DNA of 64,000 nt from Octopus bimaculoides (Eukaryota): contig NC_068997.1 of NCBI RefSeq assembly GCF_001194135.2, forward strand, positions 30,431,192-30,495,191, in the 5' to 3' direction. The translations under genes were made by a program, and so were the position numbers. Every line of letters starts with the position of its first letter. Position 1 is the stretch's first letter. This document shows positions 63,446-64,000 of this stretch, in pieces. The notes below the pieces were generated by a model. That model worked only from the letters and a program-made list of their open reading frames with translations, was not told the DNA's origin and did no database searches.

Positions 63446-63662
63446 CCTGTCTACTATAGGCACAAGGCCTGAAATAAATTTGGGGGAAGGTATGAGTCAA
63501 TTACATTGATCTCAGTGTTTTACTGATATTTAATGTATCGACCTAGAAAGGATGAAAGACAAAGTCAACCTCAGTGGAATTTGAACTCACAATGTAGTGA
63601 CAAGCAAAATACCGCTATGCATTTCATCTGGCATGCAAAACGATTCTACCAGCTCACCACCC
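63160..63662 (-). mobile_element. Two tandem SINE family A copies separated by (AAT)n
   Basis: Cores at about 63160-63370 and 63445-63662. Confidence 0.8.
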
Positions 63663-63719
63663 TAATGATAATAATAATAATAATAATAATAATAATAGTA
63701 ATAATAATAATAATAAAAA

Positions 63720-64000
63720 CGACAACGACAACACTCCCACAAAAAGCCTTCTTGGCAAGAGCGCATTCAACACCAAATTAAGCTACTTAGATCTAACATA
63801 GAATGTTTGAAAAACCTTAAATTTGATAAGAGTATCAAACCTACAAAGACCCAAAAACTAAAGAAAAAATATAATGTGAAAACCATAGTTGACATTGATG
63901 CCACTATAGAAACCATCAAGCAAAAGGTATGTGCTAAAGCTGCCTGTATAGCAAGGTATGAAAAGCATGTTAGATTCTTCAGAGATAATAACATGTTCAA
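63720..64000 (+). mobile_element. R4/Dong-like LINE N-terminal fragment, runs off the window
   Basis: TIETIKQKVCAKAACIARYEKHVRFFRDNNMF, typical of the R4-clade ORF upstream of RT; preceded by (AAT)n. Confidence 0.65.

Overview
Repeat-rich eukaryotic (animal) genomic DNA, AT-rich with seven N gaps. The SINE/LINE families and microsatellites resemble octopus (coleoid cephalopod) sequence; that is my inference. The window lies inside one host gene: nine minus-strand exons (45466 down to 4801) with GT-AG boundaries and matching phases join into an open 332-codon stretch of a divergent TRPM-family cation channel (N-terminal MHR3-MHR4/pre-S1 region). The gene continues beyond both window edges. The introns are filled with decayed mobile DNA: mariner, CR1/L2-like, several RTE, R4/Dong-like RLE LINEs sitting in (TAA)n, five Tx1/L1-like copies (three head-to-tail), one CRE-like RLE LINE, four Penelope-like (GIY-YIG) fragments and many tRNA-type SINEs. 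The most notable unexplained signals are two type-I hammerhead-ribozyme motifs. One is in a non-coding 518-bp partial tandem repeat with an inverted end (retrozyme / mini-Penelope-like, about 19.5-20.2 kb). The other lies downstream of a Penelope GIY-YIG remnant, on the same strand as the TRPM pre-mRNA (about 34.8 kb). No database searches or folding programs were run; all calls come from reading the sequence, and TE boundaries are approximate unless termini are quoted.
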